This document shows, in pieces, positions 38,079 through 52,740 of a stretch of 64,000 bases of DNA. A program made the position numbers and the translations under genes. Each line of letters starts with the position of its first letter. Positions within the stretch are counted from its first letter, which is position 1. Source of the stretch: Antedon mediterranea (lineage: Eukaryota > Animalia > Echinodermata). The notes under the pieces are model-generated. The model was not told the origin of the DNA and did no database searches. It was given only the letters and a program-made list of their open reading frames with translations. The DNA is taken from contig NC_092678.1 in assembly GCF_964355755.1 (NCBI RefSeq), forward strand, positions 13,390,352 to 13,454,351, read 5' to 3'.

Positions 38079-40846
38079 TCTATATAAATTTACGTAAGGG
38101 CAAAATTCGGTAAATCGCGCGTTATTTATAGAATGTTTACTCGATGGTATATAAAGTTGGTTCATACTTTCGGTACTGATTTTAACCACCTGATGTAACC
38201 CTGTTTACTAATTAAATTGAGTTCGATAATTAGTTATTGACGATTAAAACGAATTTAGGTTCAACGATTTGCCCCAAATAGGGGTATTTTTCGATCGTGG
38301 TATACACTGTCTAATGGATGTCCGTCTTGAAAAATACCCGCAGACAATAATACGAGAATGCTTCGCATTTTCCTATCTCCTCCTACGATAATTGTTTTTA
38401 ATGGCTGAAAACCGGTTGAACAGCTCGAGTACAGCATCATAATGTTGAAGACAGGCCGAATTCTTTAAAAAATACTATTTTCATAGATTTAATATACGTT
38501 TATACAAATGTATTGATTTGCGAAGAATGGAACATTCCAATCTCTGTTCCACAAGTGTCTATTCCCTCAGGCGTCGTAAAGGCAAGTACTGTATACTCAT
38601 AACAGAAATTCGATCCATTTTTTTTTCAATCTGTGCTGCAGAGGTTGGATATAATTTTTTTTTAAACAGATATAAATGAGCTAGCGTTTTCAGTTGCCGT
38701 ATATTATGTACAAATCTTTATTATTGCATTTAAACCACCCACGATCATCACCCTTCCCTCACTGGCATGAGTAGCGTTGTAAAGCCAGTTAGAGGATAGG
38801 CCTACGGTGCATCACATCCCCTAAACGCAGAACAACTTTGGTGGGTAGGGTAGGAACCAACTTAAGTATGAATTGGCTATTGAAAACCATTAGGCCTACT
38901 AATTAAGTTGAGTTAGATAATTTTATATTTATTGACGATTAAATCGAATTTTCGATTTTCCTCAAATAGAGGTGGTTTTCACAAATTGTTTTACATTATA
39001 TAAACATACACGTCGTAGTGATGTATCGTTACATGTACTGTACTATTTCAATCGACTAGGACGGTGATAGTTTCAACAAAGTATTACATAGCAATGTTTT
39101 ACTGTGTTTAGTGGATATATATTATTTGTAAAACATGAAAACAATTAATATTTCGTTACTAAATGGATAAAGAATATAATATATTATTTAATATATTTAA
39201 AAATTGTTCCTCTTTGCACCCATCCTCTTCCCCATCCCTTACCCCTAATGTTACATACAAAACACAAATTAAGTTTGTTTAAATTTGACTTAAAAACAAT
39301 TGGTCTCATTTTGTGACAAGTTTCTTTTTCGGAAGTAATTCTCAGGGTGCTTTTAGTTGAGTACATAAATCAGTGTCTATTTATTCGTTCCTGTAAACGA
39401 CATGTAGGCCCTATTATTGTACGTACATTTGAAATCGCCAGTTTTTTAACGCTGAAATTATTATGTATTCGAGAACCATCTGTGGGCACGACCTAGATGG
39501 TACGCGAGCGAAGCGAGCGTACCATCTAGTCTATATATAAATTTACGTAAGGGCAAAATTCGATAAATCGCGGTTTATTTCTAGAATTTTTACTCGATGG
39601 TATATAAAGTTGGTTCGTACTTTCGGTACTTATTTTAACCACCTGATGTAACCCTGTTCACTAATTAAATTGTGTTAGATAATTAGTTATTGACGATTAA
39701 AACGAATTTAGGTTCAACGATTTGCCCCAAATAGGGGTGTTCTCCGATCGTGGTATACACTGTCTAATGGATGTCCAACTTGAAAAATACCCGCACACAA
39801 TAATACTAGGACGCTTCGCATTTTCCTATCTCCTCCTACGATAATTGTTTTTAATAGCTGAAAACCGGTTGAACTGCCCGAGTACAGCATCATAATGTTG
39901 AAGACAGGCCGATTTTCTTTAAAAAATACTATTTTGATAGATTTAGTTTACGTTTTTACAAATGTATTGATTTGCGATGAATGGAACATTCCAATCTCTC
40001 AGTCTGCCAGTTTGGTTTAACACAAGTAGGTAAATGTATGAGCCCTTGGAAAATAAACTTGCAATACTTTGACAATACAGTACCGCAAATACCTATTAAC
40101 CATTTTTGGTCGTCATTTGAATCGAACATTTCTTACTGTGAATACTGTTAGATGTAAAAAAATATATACAAACATTTCTTACTGTGAATACTGTTAGATG
40201 TAAAAAAATATATACAAATAAACTTTATTACTGTGATTATGGGTAGGCTCTACTGTTAGATATATAAACACGTAATATACAAATAAACTTTATTACTGAC
40301 AGTTGCTTCTCAACGTTTGCATTAATTAATAATTACAAAAAATATAAACGTCGTAGTGGTGTATCGTTACATGTACTTTACTATTTCAATCGACTATGAC
40401 AGTGACAGTTTTAACAAAGTATTAAATTGCAAATGTTTTACTATATTTAGTCACCGTTAGTGGTATATTATTTATAGGCCTATAACAAATGAAAACAATA
40501 TTTCGTTACTCACGTAGATAAAGAATATATTTAAACATTTTTCCTCTTTGTACCTATCCTCTTTCCCATCCCTCAACCCTAATTGGGTTTCTTTAAATGA
40601 ATAAACAGTTTGGACTCATTTTGTGGTAAGTTTCTCTTTCGGAAGTAATTCCCAGGGTGCTAATTTTGGTTGACTACATAAATCATTGTGTCTACTCATT
40701 CGTTTCTGTAAACGGCAATGTATTATAGTCCTGCGGTACGTGCATTTAAAATCGCCAGATTTTTTACCCTGAAATTACTGTGTATTCGAGAACCATCTGT
40801 GGGCACAACCTAGATGGTACGCGAGCGAAGCGAGCGTACCATCTAG
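38079..40846 (+). mobile_element. Two head-to-tail non-autonomous Helitron-like units (38079-39529 and 39530-40846)
   Basis: A|TC 5' start; 3' hairpin CTAGATGGTACGC-gagcgaagcga-GCGTACCATCTAG; junction CTAG|TC; final CTAG|T. Confidence 0.85.
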
Positions 40847-41041
40847 TTAAACAAAATTATCGCAATTACAAAATATATGAAAATGTAAACATAAAGTTTA
40901 AAAAATATAGTCTTATTGCAAGGATATAGTATATACATTATTACTTAATTACAGTCAAAAAATATAATCTTAAATTTAAGTTGCAGTATTTACATTGATT
41001 TCTTAATTAAGGTTTACATCAGTCGACTTCAGACAATTAAA

Positions 41042-43734
41042 TCTATATATAAATTTACGTAAGGGCAAAATTCGGTAAATCGCGCGTTATTTCTAGAATG
41101 TTTACTCGATGGTATATAAAGTTGGTTCGTACTTTCGGTACTGATTTTAACCACCTGATGTAACCCTGTTTACTAATTAAATTGAGTTCGATAATTAGTT
41201 ATTGACGATTAAAACGAATTTAGGTTCAACGATTTGCCCCAAATAGGGGTGTTTTTCGATGGTGGTATACACTGTCTAATGGATGTCCGTCTTGAAAAAT
41301 ACCCGCAGACAATAATTTTGATTTGATTTGATTTATTTCGGCATCAGTACATAAAATATCACAGACATACAATTAAAATTGGCAAATATAAAAAGACCAA
41401 TATAAAACAAGGATGCCAAGGATAACTCATAAAAGTCCTCTACGGACTTGTTTCCAATGAGGTCCTTTGAAAGAACAGCAAAAAAGACAAACAAAGCAAA
41501 AACAAAAATAACAAAAAACAGCAAAAAGGACAATCGAAAAAAGAAGAAGCGCTAATTAAATAGTTTCTAGAGCTAGTGAACGTTCCTGTAGATACTTTTT
41601 AACTTTACTTTTAAAACAACAAACAGTTTGTGATTCCTTAATGTTAATTGGTAAATTATTCCATTCTTTAATAGCATTGTAAAAAAAGGTCACATGTGCC
41701 ATTGGCTTGATAGTTGGGATTCTAAAATTAAAATTGCATCCCCTAGTATTGTAATTATGACTGTCTGAAATTCTAATAAAACGATTGCATAAATAAGGTG
41801 GACAACAATGATTAAATATTTTAAAAACATGACAGACTCTAAGAAATTCGACACGGTCTTGGACTTTTAACATACCAACGTCGTTTAGCTGAGATTGACC
41901 AACATGAGATCGGGGACCTAACTTTTTTATAAAACGAACCATTTTGTTTTGAGTCGTTTGTAATTTTGATTTTAAATTTTTATTTACCGTAGAAGACCAT
42001 GAGCAAACCGAATAATCGAACATCGGTTGGATTAAAGCAAAACTAAGAATTTTGCGACAATGTGAATTAAGAAATGATGATTGTCGTTACAGAAATTTCA
42101 GTCTGCCGTTTGCTTTGTTTATAACAGAGCGGGCAATGACGTCACCTGATACATTTTGGTCAATCTCAATACCTAGATATTTGATAGATTTTGATCCATT
42201 TATAGTCGTTCCAAAGCAATCAATATAGAATTCGTTTACTTTGCTTAATCTACGTTTAGAACCAAACAGGATGCATTCGGTCTTACCCATATGAAGCGAA
42301 AGTTGATTGTCGATCAGCCAATTATTGCATGATACGAGATTGTTTTGGAGTTTAGATTGGATTGCGATTGGATCTTTATGGGAGTAAAAAATTGCACAAT
42401 CGTCAGCGTACAAAACAACTTTACAATCACTTTCGATACTAGATGGTAGGTCATTCACGTAAATAAGAAACAAGAGAGGACCCAAAAGGCTACCCTGGGG
42501 GACTCCACATCCAATCTCAATAGAGTTCGATTTGGTACGATAATACGAGGATGCTTCGCATTTTCCTATCTCCTCCTACGATAATTGTTTTTAATGGCTG
42601 AAAACCGGTTGAACAGCTGGAGTATAGCATTATAATGTTGAAGACAGGGCGATTTTCTTTAAAAATTTTTGATAGATTTAATATACGTTTATACAAATGT
42701 ATTGATTTGCGATGAATGGAACATTCCAATCTCTGTTCCACAAGTGTCTATTCCCTCAGGCGTCGTAAAGGCAAGTACAGGTACTGTATACTCATAAGAG
42801 AAATTTGATCCATTATTTTTTCAATTTGTGCTGCAGAGGTTGGATATACATTTTTTTTAAACGGATAATGAGCTAGCGTTTTCACTCGCCGTATATTATG
42901 TACACATCTTTATTATTGCAGTTAAACCACCCATATCATCACCCTTCCCTCACTGGCATGAGTAGCGTTGTCAAACCAGTAAAGGATAGGCCTACGCTAC
43001 ATCACATGCCCTAAACGCAGAACAACTTTGGTGGGTAGGGGGTGGGTAGGGTAGGAACCAACTTAAGTATAAATTTGCTCTAAGAAACAATTGAAAACCA
43101 TTAGGCCTACTAATTAAGTTGAGTTAGATAATTTAATATTTATTGACGATTAAATCGAATTTATGATTTTCCCCGAATAGAGGTGGTTTTCACAAATTGT
43201 TTTACATTATATAAACATATATACGTCGTAGTGATGTATCGTTACATGTACTGTACTATTTCAATCGACTATGACGGTGATAGTTTCAACAAAGTATTAA
43301 ATCGCAATGTTTCACTGTGTTTAGTGGTACAGTACTGTATATTATTTGTAAAACATGAAAACAATTAATATTTCGTTAATAAATGGGTAAAGAATATATT
43401 TAAAAATTGTTCCTCTTTGCACCCATCCTCTTCCCCATCCCTCAACCCAAATGTAACATACAAAACACAATTTAAGTTTGTTTAAATTTGACTTAAACAA
43501 TTGGTCTTAATTTTGTGACAAGTTTCTCTTTCGGAAGTAATTCCCATGGTACTAATTTTACAGTACATAAATCACAGTGTCTATTTATTCGTTCCTGTAA
43601 ACGACATGTATTATTGTCCTGCGGTACGTACATTTGAATCGCCAGTTTTTTTAACGCTGAAATTATTATGTATTCGAGAACCATCTGTGGGCAAGACCTA
43701 TATGGTACGCGAGCGAAGCGAGCGTACCATCTAG
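41042..43734 (+). mobile_element. Third Helitron-like unit, interrupted by a LINE
   Basis: Same A|TCTATATATAAATTTACGTAAGGGC start and hairpin-CTAG|T end; the sequence resumes at ~42540 after the insertion. Confidence 0.85.
41316..42539 (-). mobile_element. 5'-truncated L2/Crack-like LINE
   Basis: GVPQGSLLGPLLFLIYVNDL, LYADD, KTECILFGS, FDYSVCSW; (ATCAA)n tail; ATAAT duplicated at the flanks. Confidence 0.85.
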
Positions 43735-43859
43735 TAATTACAATTATACATTTACAAAAACATTAAATACAAAATTAAATGAGAATTAAGAATAAATTGA
43801 GTCAAATTCAGAAATTTCTACTAGGCTAATATGTCAAATTAATTAATATTTGGTTACAT

Positions 43860-44780
43860 TATACATTTATTTTCTTTTATTATTTAATCAATACTGTTGA
43901 GGCAGCGAGTGAGAAACGGGATTGCACTGTTTCCATATCTATTGGTCTTATTTTTGGGGACCCGGTATGTATTACTTTTCCGTAAGGCCATATTATGCGT
44001 ACTCATATTTCTCGGAAACCACTCAGCATTTCTATACGCATTAGCACATTTCTTTGCAAATTCACTGCAAAGTTGGTAACGTCTCTCAGTCATAGTATGG
44101 AGTCCCAACTGCTTCAGTGATTCCGTGTATAATACGTAATCCGCACCCACGATAATGCGGCATGCTCTCTTTTGGATTTGCTCCAATTGGTAGGTCTGTT
44201 CCTTGGTTATACTGCTATTCTAAACCGGGACAGCGTACTCACTTATTGGGCGAACATAACACGTATACACGGAGATCAAATCTTCAGTCGGGACACCAAA
44301 CCGTTTGAGACGTGATAGCATGTATAGTCGTCGACTACCTTTACTAATAATATCATTAAGGTGGGACTGCCAGCCAAGATTGGACTGGACAGTCAGGCCC
44401 AGAAGCCTGGTCTCAGACACCACCTCGAGCTCCACCCCGCGATTTGAAGATGAGGAAGGTTAGGCGGTTCCTTCATAAAACAAACCTGCATAGCCTTTGA
44501 GCTCGAGACGGTTGTCCGTTGCCCAAGCATCCAGATCCTGAACATCCACTCTAATCTGGCTGGGTTGATTTGCGGGACGAACTTCTACAAGACTTAGGTC
44601 ATCAACATACTTAAAGCTTTTAGCCAGAGACTCCTCAGAGGCATTATTGATAACTACCATGAAGATTATGGGGCCTAGCTTGGTGGAAAGCGTCTCCCAC
44701 CGTGACAAGGCAGCGTGGTATTGCACTCGTTGGCGACGAGATGTAAGAAAGTTTGTTATCCATGGCAGTAACTCGCTTCT
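43860..44780 (-). pseudogene. CR1/L2-group LINE 3' fragment
   Basis: TKLGPIIF, KYVDDL, RLYMLSRLKRFG, YVRPISEYAVPV, EQIQKRACRII; frameshifted. Confidence 0.8.
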
Positions 44781-44789
44781 GACACATAT

Positions 44790-47635
44790 ATATATAAATA
44801 TATACCTACATAAAGATTTTAATTACATTATGAAATCAAGTGTTGTTCATTCTACTGATGGAAAGGTCAATTTCTTGAAATAACAGGGAATAATTTGGTG
44901 AAAAACATACTCCTTGGTAATATATATCGCCCACCTAAAGATCTAAATGAAAATTACAATAGGTTTATACAGGAGTTGGTCCCTGAACTTAGACGTTTTG
45001 ACAAACTCAATCAAGAGATTATTATTACTGGAGACACAAACATTAATCTACTTAAAATAAATGAAAAAGAATGTTTTAGTATTTTTTTTGATACATTGAC
45101 AAGTTTCAGTTATTTCCCCTATATCACATTGCCAACTAGATTTTCAAACCGAAGTGGAACTCTTATCGATAACTTTTTCTGCAGATTAAATAAATCATCA
45201 AATAGTGCTAATTCCGGTATTATGATTAAGAAATTCAGTGACCATCAACCTTATTTTCTATATCTTGATATACTAAATACTGTACATATCTTAAAAAAGC
45301 AAATCCTGTTCACCATGTTAAAAGTTATAATCATAGCGACATCATCAAATTTGTTAATGAAATAGAAAACTCTGACATACTTTTAAAATTAGATCATGAC
45401 CCTGCTACAAACCCCAACAGAAATTATAATATCATGAATAATCTTATAACGACTGCTAAAAATAAATGTATGCTTTATGAAATTGTAAAATTTAATAAAC
45501 ATAAACACAAAAAAATCAAATTGGATTACTAGTGGAATAATCAAATCTATCAAGTTTAGGGATAAATTACACCAAAAATTAAAAAGAACACCAATAACAT
45601 CAAATGAGCATGATACATTAAAAGTAAATCTTAAAACATATAACAACATTCTTAAATGTAATATTAGGACAACTAAAAAAATGTATTATGAATCATGCTT
45701 TTCCAAATGTAAAGATGACGTTCGTAAAACATGGTCAACCATAAATGATGTTCTAAATAAAACAAAAAAATGTAAACAGTTTCCTGAATTATTTAAAGAT
45801 GATGATCGATCAATAACAAATCAATTAGAAATAGCAAATAAATCTAATTTATATTTCACAAATATTGGCCCAAACCTTGCAAATAAAATCAATACTGACA
45901 GCTGTAACAAATCTTTTGAACATTTTCTTTCAAATAAAACAAATAACTTTAATTTTGAAAATGTAAATGAAGATACAGTTTTGGAAATTATAGATAAATT
46001 AAAAACAAAGTCAAGTTGTGGTTGGGATGGTTTATCAACGAAATTAATTAAATCAATTAAATCAATTATAATCAAACCACTCACAATAATTATAAATCAA
46101 ATGATAAACACAGGGATTTTTCCTGATAAACTGAAAATAGTCAGAGTTATACCTTTGTTTAAAAATGGTGATAACTCCTGTTTTACAAATTATCGTCCAA
46201 TTTCGTTGCTCCCTGCAATATCCAACATTTTTGAAAAATTAATTTACAACCAATTATATTTGCACTTTCAAATAAATAAATTATTTTATAGCAGCCAATA
46301 TGGTTTTCGGTCAGGCCATTCTACGGAATTAGCTGCACTTGAGCTTGTAGATAAAGTTATTCAAGACATGGACAATTATGAAATACCAATTAACATATAT
46401 TTGGACCTATCAAAAGCATTTGATACATTGGATCACAAAAAAATTTTGCATAAATTGAATCATTATGGCCTTCATTCGAATTCACTTAATCTTATGAAGG
46501 ATTATTTAACTAATCGTAAACAATATGTGGACATTAATGGAACTCAATCTGATATTTTACAGATAACTACAGGTGTTCCACAAGGATCAATACTGGGTCC
46601 GCCTTTTTTTATCATATACATAAACGATATCGCAAACGTTAGCACTATTTTTAAAACTATAATATATGCAGACGATACAACACTTTTAAGCACCCTCAGG
46701 ACATGTAATCCAATTAACAACATTCTCAACATTGAACTTGATAAAGTTAGTGAATGGCTTAAATTAAACAAATTATCTTTAAATGTATTGAAGTCGAAGT
46801 ATATGATATTTCATATGAGTAAACGTCGTGTTGATACGTTGGATATAGAAATTGACAATGTTAAGATTCAGCAGGTTCATAATTTCAACTTCCTTGGTAT
46901 AATAATTAATGAACATCTAAATTGGAATAGCCATGGTGATTATATTTCAAATAAGATTTCCAAAACTATTGGCATTTTAAATAAACTCAAGCGCTTTATC
47001 CCAGCAAATGTTATGAATATTTTATATAACTCTTTAGTTGTTTCACACATAAATTATGGTATACTGCTTTGGGGTTATGTTTGTAAAAGAGTAACAATAT
47101 TGCAGAAAAAAGCCTTACGTATTATTACTCAAAGTAAATACAATGCCCATTCAGAACCTCTTTTTTAAAAAATCAGATTTCTAAATGTATGTGATATTCA
47201 TAAACTATGCCAATTAAAATTTTACTATAAATATTCAAATAATATGTTACCTGATTATTTTCAAAGGTTTTCTTTAGAACTAAATTCAGCTTTACATTCG
47301 TATAACACACGTATTAAAGACAACTTTCAATTTGTGAGGGTCAATCATGAGTTTGCAAAGAAGTGTATTAGGTATAGCCTACCTTTATTAATTAACAATA
47401 CTGTAAATTTGATTACTGAAAAGGTAAATACACATTCTTTGAAAGGTTTTTCTACATATTTAAAAAATAATTTTATTTCAGAATATGATGATGTATGTTA
47501 TATCCAAAATTATATATTATTTAAAATGTTCGGGTGGCTTCCATGCATGCGGCTTTTGGCCTTAATGGAAGTCTCCCTGGTCCTTTTGTATATTTTTTGC
47601 TTTGTATTTTTTTTTCTTTTGGATCAAATAAACTG
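44790..47635 (+). mobile_element. L2/Crack-like LINE, 5'-truncated, ORF2 (APE plus RT) with frameshifts
   Basis: GNIYRPP, GDTNINLL, TLIDNF, SDHQP; NYRPISLL, QYGFR, YLDLSKAFDT, GVPQGSILGP, IYADD; AATAAA near 47627. Confidence 0.9.
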
Positions 47636-47929
47636 ATTTGTGACCTGTATACACTTCTCGGATACATAGATACTAATCGAATACGATTGTCCGTGAAAAC
47701 GTGCGCCCTCTCGAAATGATCGAGCGAGGCTAGCCCACACACGTTACACACACGGTCATGCACTCGATGTTGCGGCGAAACTCATGAATAACAAGTTAGA
47801 AAGAACTTGTTGAGGCTGGGCGCGGCCGAGCCTAGGTATGAAAAAACCTAAATAAAGGACGCCGTTGTAGATATAACAAAATATATTATTACAATAATAT
47901 TGATTACAATTTAAAAAAACATTGTTTTG

Positions 47930-48043
47930 ATGAAAAATAAGGTGCGTCTTATACATCGACGATATAAAAAATACCGATATTTTACTCTCAGTTAGGGGGT
48001 GCGTCTTATACATAGGTGCGACTTATACACCGAAATATACGGT
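47930..48043. repeat. pogo/Tigger-like MITE end
   Basis: GGTGCGTCTTATAC repeated three times, then ...AAATATACGG|TA terminus. Confidence 0.55.
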
Positions 48044-48483
48044 AATATAATAATATGTAAAATCGAATTTAGAAACAGTAAATGCATTATCATATAAACA
48101 ATCATACATTATCAGAATATTAGTTTTACAAGTTTGAGGTTTATGCCAATTACATCTGAGATATGATAAGTGTTTGCCTTGAAATCACTAACAATTTATT
48201 TTTGTAACATTCACCAATGATTGTTTAATTTATCTAGTGTTTCTGAATAAAGTTGGGTCTGATCAACGTCACCAATACTGAAGTGTTTTTCGGAACACAC
48301 TCAATACTTTTCGTAGGGAGAAATCATGTAATGACCTAAAATGCCCCAGATATATAAGTTGTAGCCAACATTTTGACATTGTATCGCAGGGAACCCTTAG
48401 AATGGTTTCAAGAGGGTTGGAAACGCTAAAAAATATACGAAACAGTTTCTGAGCCAAAAAGTGAATTTTATGATTTTATTTAA

Positions 48484-49030
48484 AGATGTATTGTCCCTTG
48501 AAACACAAAAAAAAGAAGGTCAAAATATTCTAAATTTAAAGTGGCCATATCAAAGTAATATTAAAGTTATTCACTTTAAGTCGAAAATTTGAGCCAAAAA
48601 CAACAAGTTTACGTAATTAACAGGTAAATTAGTTTGATTACATTTCATCTGGAAAATCGTCAAGAGCAAAAGTAAACAAAGATTTCAAACCATGAGTACG
48701 CATTATGCATATGCTAAATTAGGATTGTTTACAACTCGTCACGGTTAAGAAGGCATTTCACACAGATCATGAGGAAGTTTTATGATTATGCATACAGAGT
48801 AGCCAAACAAGCGCGTTTCATTATGGGATATGTTTTGATTGAAAACTTTGACTGGAAGTCAAAGTTATTTTTTCAACAAAAAAACGTCTGTATTTCAGTT
48901 AAAACAATTTTTTTTCCGAAAAATGTTTGGTGATAGTTAATAACTATTATGATACTTCAAAATGACCCACCTTTTTTCGAAATCTTTTATTTTTTATTTT
49001 TTTGGAATTAGTCAAAGGGACAATACATCT
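48484..49030. mobile_element. Kolobok-like non-autonomous element
   Basis: 16-bp TIRs AGATGTATTGTCCCTT and AAGGGACAATACATCT, flanked by a TTAA TSD. Confidence 0.8.
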
Positions 49031-49403
49031 TTAATTAACCTATGCCGTCACCATGAACGTCATCTTCGGCATGTCTTCGGGAGCAACGTCTTCGGAAGCA
49101 AGGATGTCCGCTCTGTTCTGATTTTGTTGATTAAAATGCTTACGTATAATAATGTATGTTTTATTCATTCATATACAAAGTAAAACCAAATTGGATCGAC
49201 AAGCTGGATGCCTCAGTGGGCTCGTATTGAGGCTATATCGATTCTCTAATTGCTATTTTAGTTTGAGAGAGAGTATTTAGAGGGTTAAGTTTTTAATATT
49301 TAGGGCGAGTTAAATTATTTATGTTTTTCATCATAGTTCATAAAACAGTCGTAAGACATGCACTATTAGACTAAACAACCGCAGTGTAGGCCTTAATTGG
49401 TTA

Positions 49404-49612
49404 TTACGTAAGGGAAAAATTTGGTAAATCGCGCGTTACTTTTAGAATTTTTACTCGATTGTATATAAAGTTGGTTCGTATTTTCGGTACCGATTTTAAC
49501 CTACTAGTTAAGTTTAGTTAGATAATTATTTATTGGCGATTAAATCAAATTTAGGTTAAACGATTTGCCCCGAATAGAGGTGTTTTTTTTCACAAAATGT
49601 TTTACATTATAA
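49404..49612 (+). repeat. Partial Helitron-like unit (another at ~62905-63150, minus strand)
   Basis: TTACGTAAGGG...GGTAAATCGCGCG...CGATTTGCCCC matches the 5' part of the unit at 38079. Confidence 0.75.
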
Positions 49613-50232
49613 ATAATTGAAAGTATGTTAAATTTGAATTTTGGTTCCATATTTCTTTTCGTACTCAACTTTATTTTGCCTGGTTATTTTGGTTAGGATT
49701 TATAAATATTATATGCATGTTTGGCGAGTAAATTAGGTTCTGTAATCAAAAGTGTAAATATTTATTTTTTTCATTTGTTTCACGTGTGCTGTGTTATTTG
49801 TTATTTAACAGACTTTGTATTTGTCTCACGTATAATTATTTTCAACTACATACTGCACATTATATCATGTCTGTATTATGTGCGGAGTGCCTTAATTGCG
49901 TTTTTTTTTACAATTTCCAGTTATGTACGTTGAAGCTTTATATATTCGAGAACGATCAGTACCAGAACGTACCGTTGAGTTACTATTCATGAATGAATTT
50001 ATTTGAGAGTTATACATTAAAATATCTTTTATTGTCTTATCTAAGAAACCATGTGGACGACCAACATGTTTGCCTCGTGTTTTGTGCCAGATGAAATACC
50101 CAAACCTTTTTAAAAGCAGTCGTTGACCAAATTAGCATGTCCTAAATTAGATAAATAATACGCCAGGACGCCGCGCCGTTACCTCTCATGGGCTTGTCAG
50201 ATAATATTAAACATCTACTTAAAAAGTCTTAC

Positions 50233-50566
50233 CGTAGTTGTTTTTTTGTGAGAAAATTGGAGTTATTCGATTATTATCGTCTGACATCTGATGGAATTTG
50301 GTTGGAAAGACGAATAACGACGTGCTGTATGGTACATTATAATTTGTACCAACTTTACTTGTTGGTTTTAACGATAAGTGTTTACTTTCTGTCCCTTCTG
50401 ACGTAACTCCGTTGTTTGTTTCACTACCTTTGTCGTCTTTCTGGGCATTATTCATAATATCGGCGATAACATGACGGGTTCGATAATTTCCCTTGTTGTT
50501 GTAGCAATGAGGGTGCCATGTGCCGATGGCTTCTAAGAAAGAATAGGTTGATATTGTTGATTGCAT
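50233..50566 (-). CDS. Candidate first coding exon of the NK2 gene (tentative)
   Basis: Unique-looking ORF MQST...TRHVIADIMN (TN/eh1-like) ending at a strong donor G|GTAAGA in phase 1, matching the phase-1 acceptor at 23455. Confidence 0.4.
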
Positions 50567-51780
50567 AATCAAATAAATATTGTTCTTTCTCTGTCGATCT
50601 TTTGATGGCCTGCAGTCTGGAATAAAGTTTAAAATTAAACAATAAGCAGAAACGTTATAGACATTATTATTATAATGTACGGTATTAATCAAATTAAATT
50701 AATCTGTATTTAATGAATTCCAAAGTCATGACATGAAAACAATGTAGAAAGGCAGAGTGGCTAGCGATAAAACAAATAGTGATAGGCAAGACTTAAACAC
50801 AAATTATGCTAGATGGTGCTAAACACACATTTTCAACAAAAATAATACTATTTTTTAACCCAAAGTTTTGAAAAAGTGCTGCATGTTGGCAAACATCCAT
50901 GACAAGTAGCTTGAAACATTTAAGCAATTTAAAGGTGGGAGCCAATAATCAAATTTCTAACATTGTATCACATTTTCAACTTATATTGATGAAGGGAAAA
51001 TAATGCTCAAAGTCAATTTTACCAATATAACCTGATTTAAAAAATAAATAAAATACTTTGATAATTTGTCCTGATTCAGGGTTAAACCTTTTTTCAGTGG
51101 TTAGGGAATTTCTATGGAGCTTATTAATATTCATGAGCTTCTTGGCATTTCCTGTTTGGTATATTATACCTCTACTGCTGATACTAAACAGCCTGGCTAG
51201 AATGAGCCTCCTATCCTACCTTTGTTCAAATTATATCCATTTCTTCTCAGTAGCCTTTTAAATTATTCCCTGTCATTTCAACATTTGTTATACTGGACAA
51301 TTATCACAAAATGTAATAAAATCATTGTGTTTTGTCTCGTTGTACAATGTTTATTCCATGGTTTTCTCTTGCGATGTATTTTATGAACTGATTCAAATTG
51401 GATAGAAAACAAACTCCCTAGCTACTGTAATTTTTGCTATTTGAAAATTGGGCCAGAAGCAATTTTCATGTAAAAATGAGATAATTTCATGAAAAATGGC
51501 CATTTTAAATGTATATATTGGTCAAAATTGTATAAGGATAGCTATTCATTTCTATATTTTATTGTATAGTTTTTTAATGCAAGTCATGTAAAGTTGGTTC
51601 ACACACAAAATGGCCTATCCTTTACTATTGTGTATTTTGATAATACCACCAATTACCTAGCTGGGCAAAGCTTGACAGCATTGTTCTTGCATTGGGCATT
51701 CACATTCATTTTGCCAATAACAATTTCCACCTCACAAAAGACAATATTACAAGATAAGGATTAGAAATGCTATTCCCGGA

Positions 51781-51817
51781 GCACTGATGAAGGGCTAGTG
51801 TTGCCCTAAAGCTCTGC
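51781..51817 (+). ncRNA. Third copy of the minimal hammerhead; core GAAA mutated to TAAA
   Basis: GCACTGATGAAGGGCTAGTGTTGCCCTAAAGCTCTGC; starts a ~150-bp repeat ending in (TA)n. Confidence 0.55.
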
Positions 51818-52042
51818 TAACTTTTCTGGCTGTTTACATTATCGTTTTGATTTAGCTTTTCGCTTTTTATTTTTTATCCAGCCACTGATACTCACAGCAT
51901 TGTCATTTTTTTCAGTAATTTGCCTTTGGATTTATATATACAACTTGTGCGTACAACTGAGGACTAGTTGTGTTCCAACCATACCACGCAGAGAATGTTA
52001 AAGGGTTGTTATCCGATCGAGTTAAAGAACAATACCCTGAAA

Positions 52043-52114
52043 GTCACAGTGGTCTAATGGTTAAGGCAACTGGATATCAAGCAGACGGTCCGAGTTCGAG
52101 TCTCGGTTGGGGCG
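52043..52114 (+). pseudogene. Degenerate tRNA-Asp(ATC)-like copy
   Basis: A and B boxes retained; acceptor and anticodon stems mismatched. Confidence 0.55.
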
Positions 52115-52227
52115 ACCTTTTCTCATTCTCCCAGATTTCCTCATCTTTATCGTTTCAAAAATTAATTAAATAATTTTCAGTGTATCACCGGGCGGTTTGG
52201 AATTTATTTCTATGCCTGTTGTGTTTA

Positions 52228-52392
52228 TATATATATATATATATATATATAAACACAACAGGCATATATATATATATATATATATATAGGCAACATGCAT
52301 ATATATATATATATATATATATATAAACAAATCAGGCAAAAAATTTCAGTATATTACCGGGCGGTTTAGAATTAATGTTCTATGCCTGATTT

Positions 52393-52474
<82 letters not shown>

Positions 52475-52655
52475 ACAAGAGGCAAAGAACATTAATTCCA
52501 AACCGCCCGGTGATATACTGAAATTTAATTAATTAATTTGAAACGATAAAGATGAGGAAATCTGTGAGAATGAGAAAAAGTCGCCCCAACCGAGACTCGA
52601 ACTCGGTTGGGGCGACTTTTTCTCATTCTCACAGATTTCCTCATCTTTATCGTTT

Positions 52656-52740
<85 letters not shown>

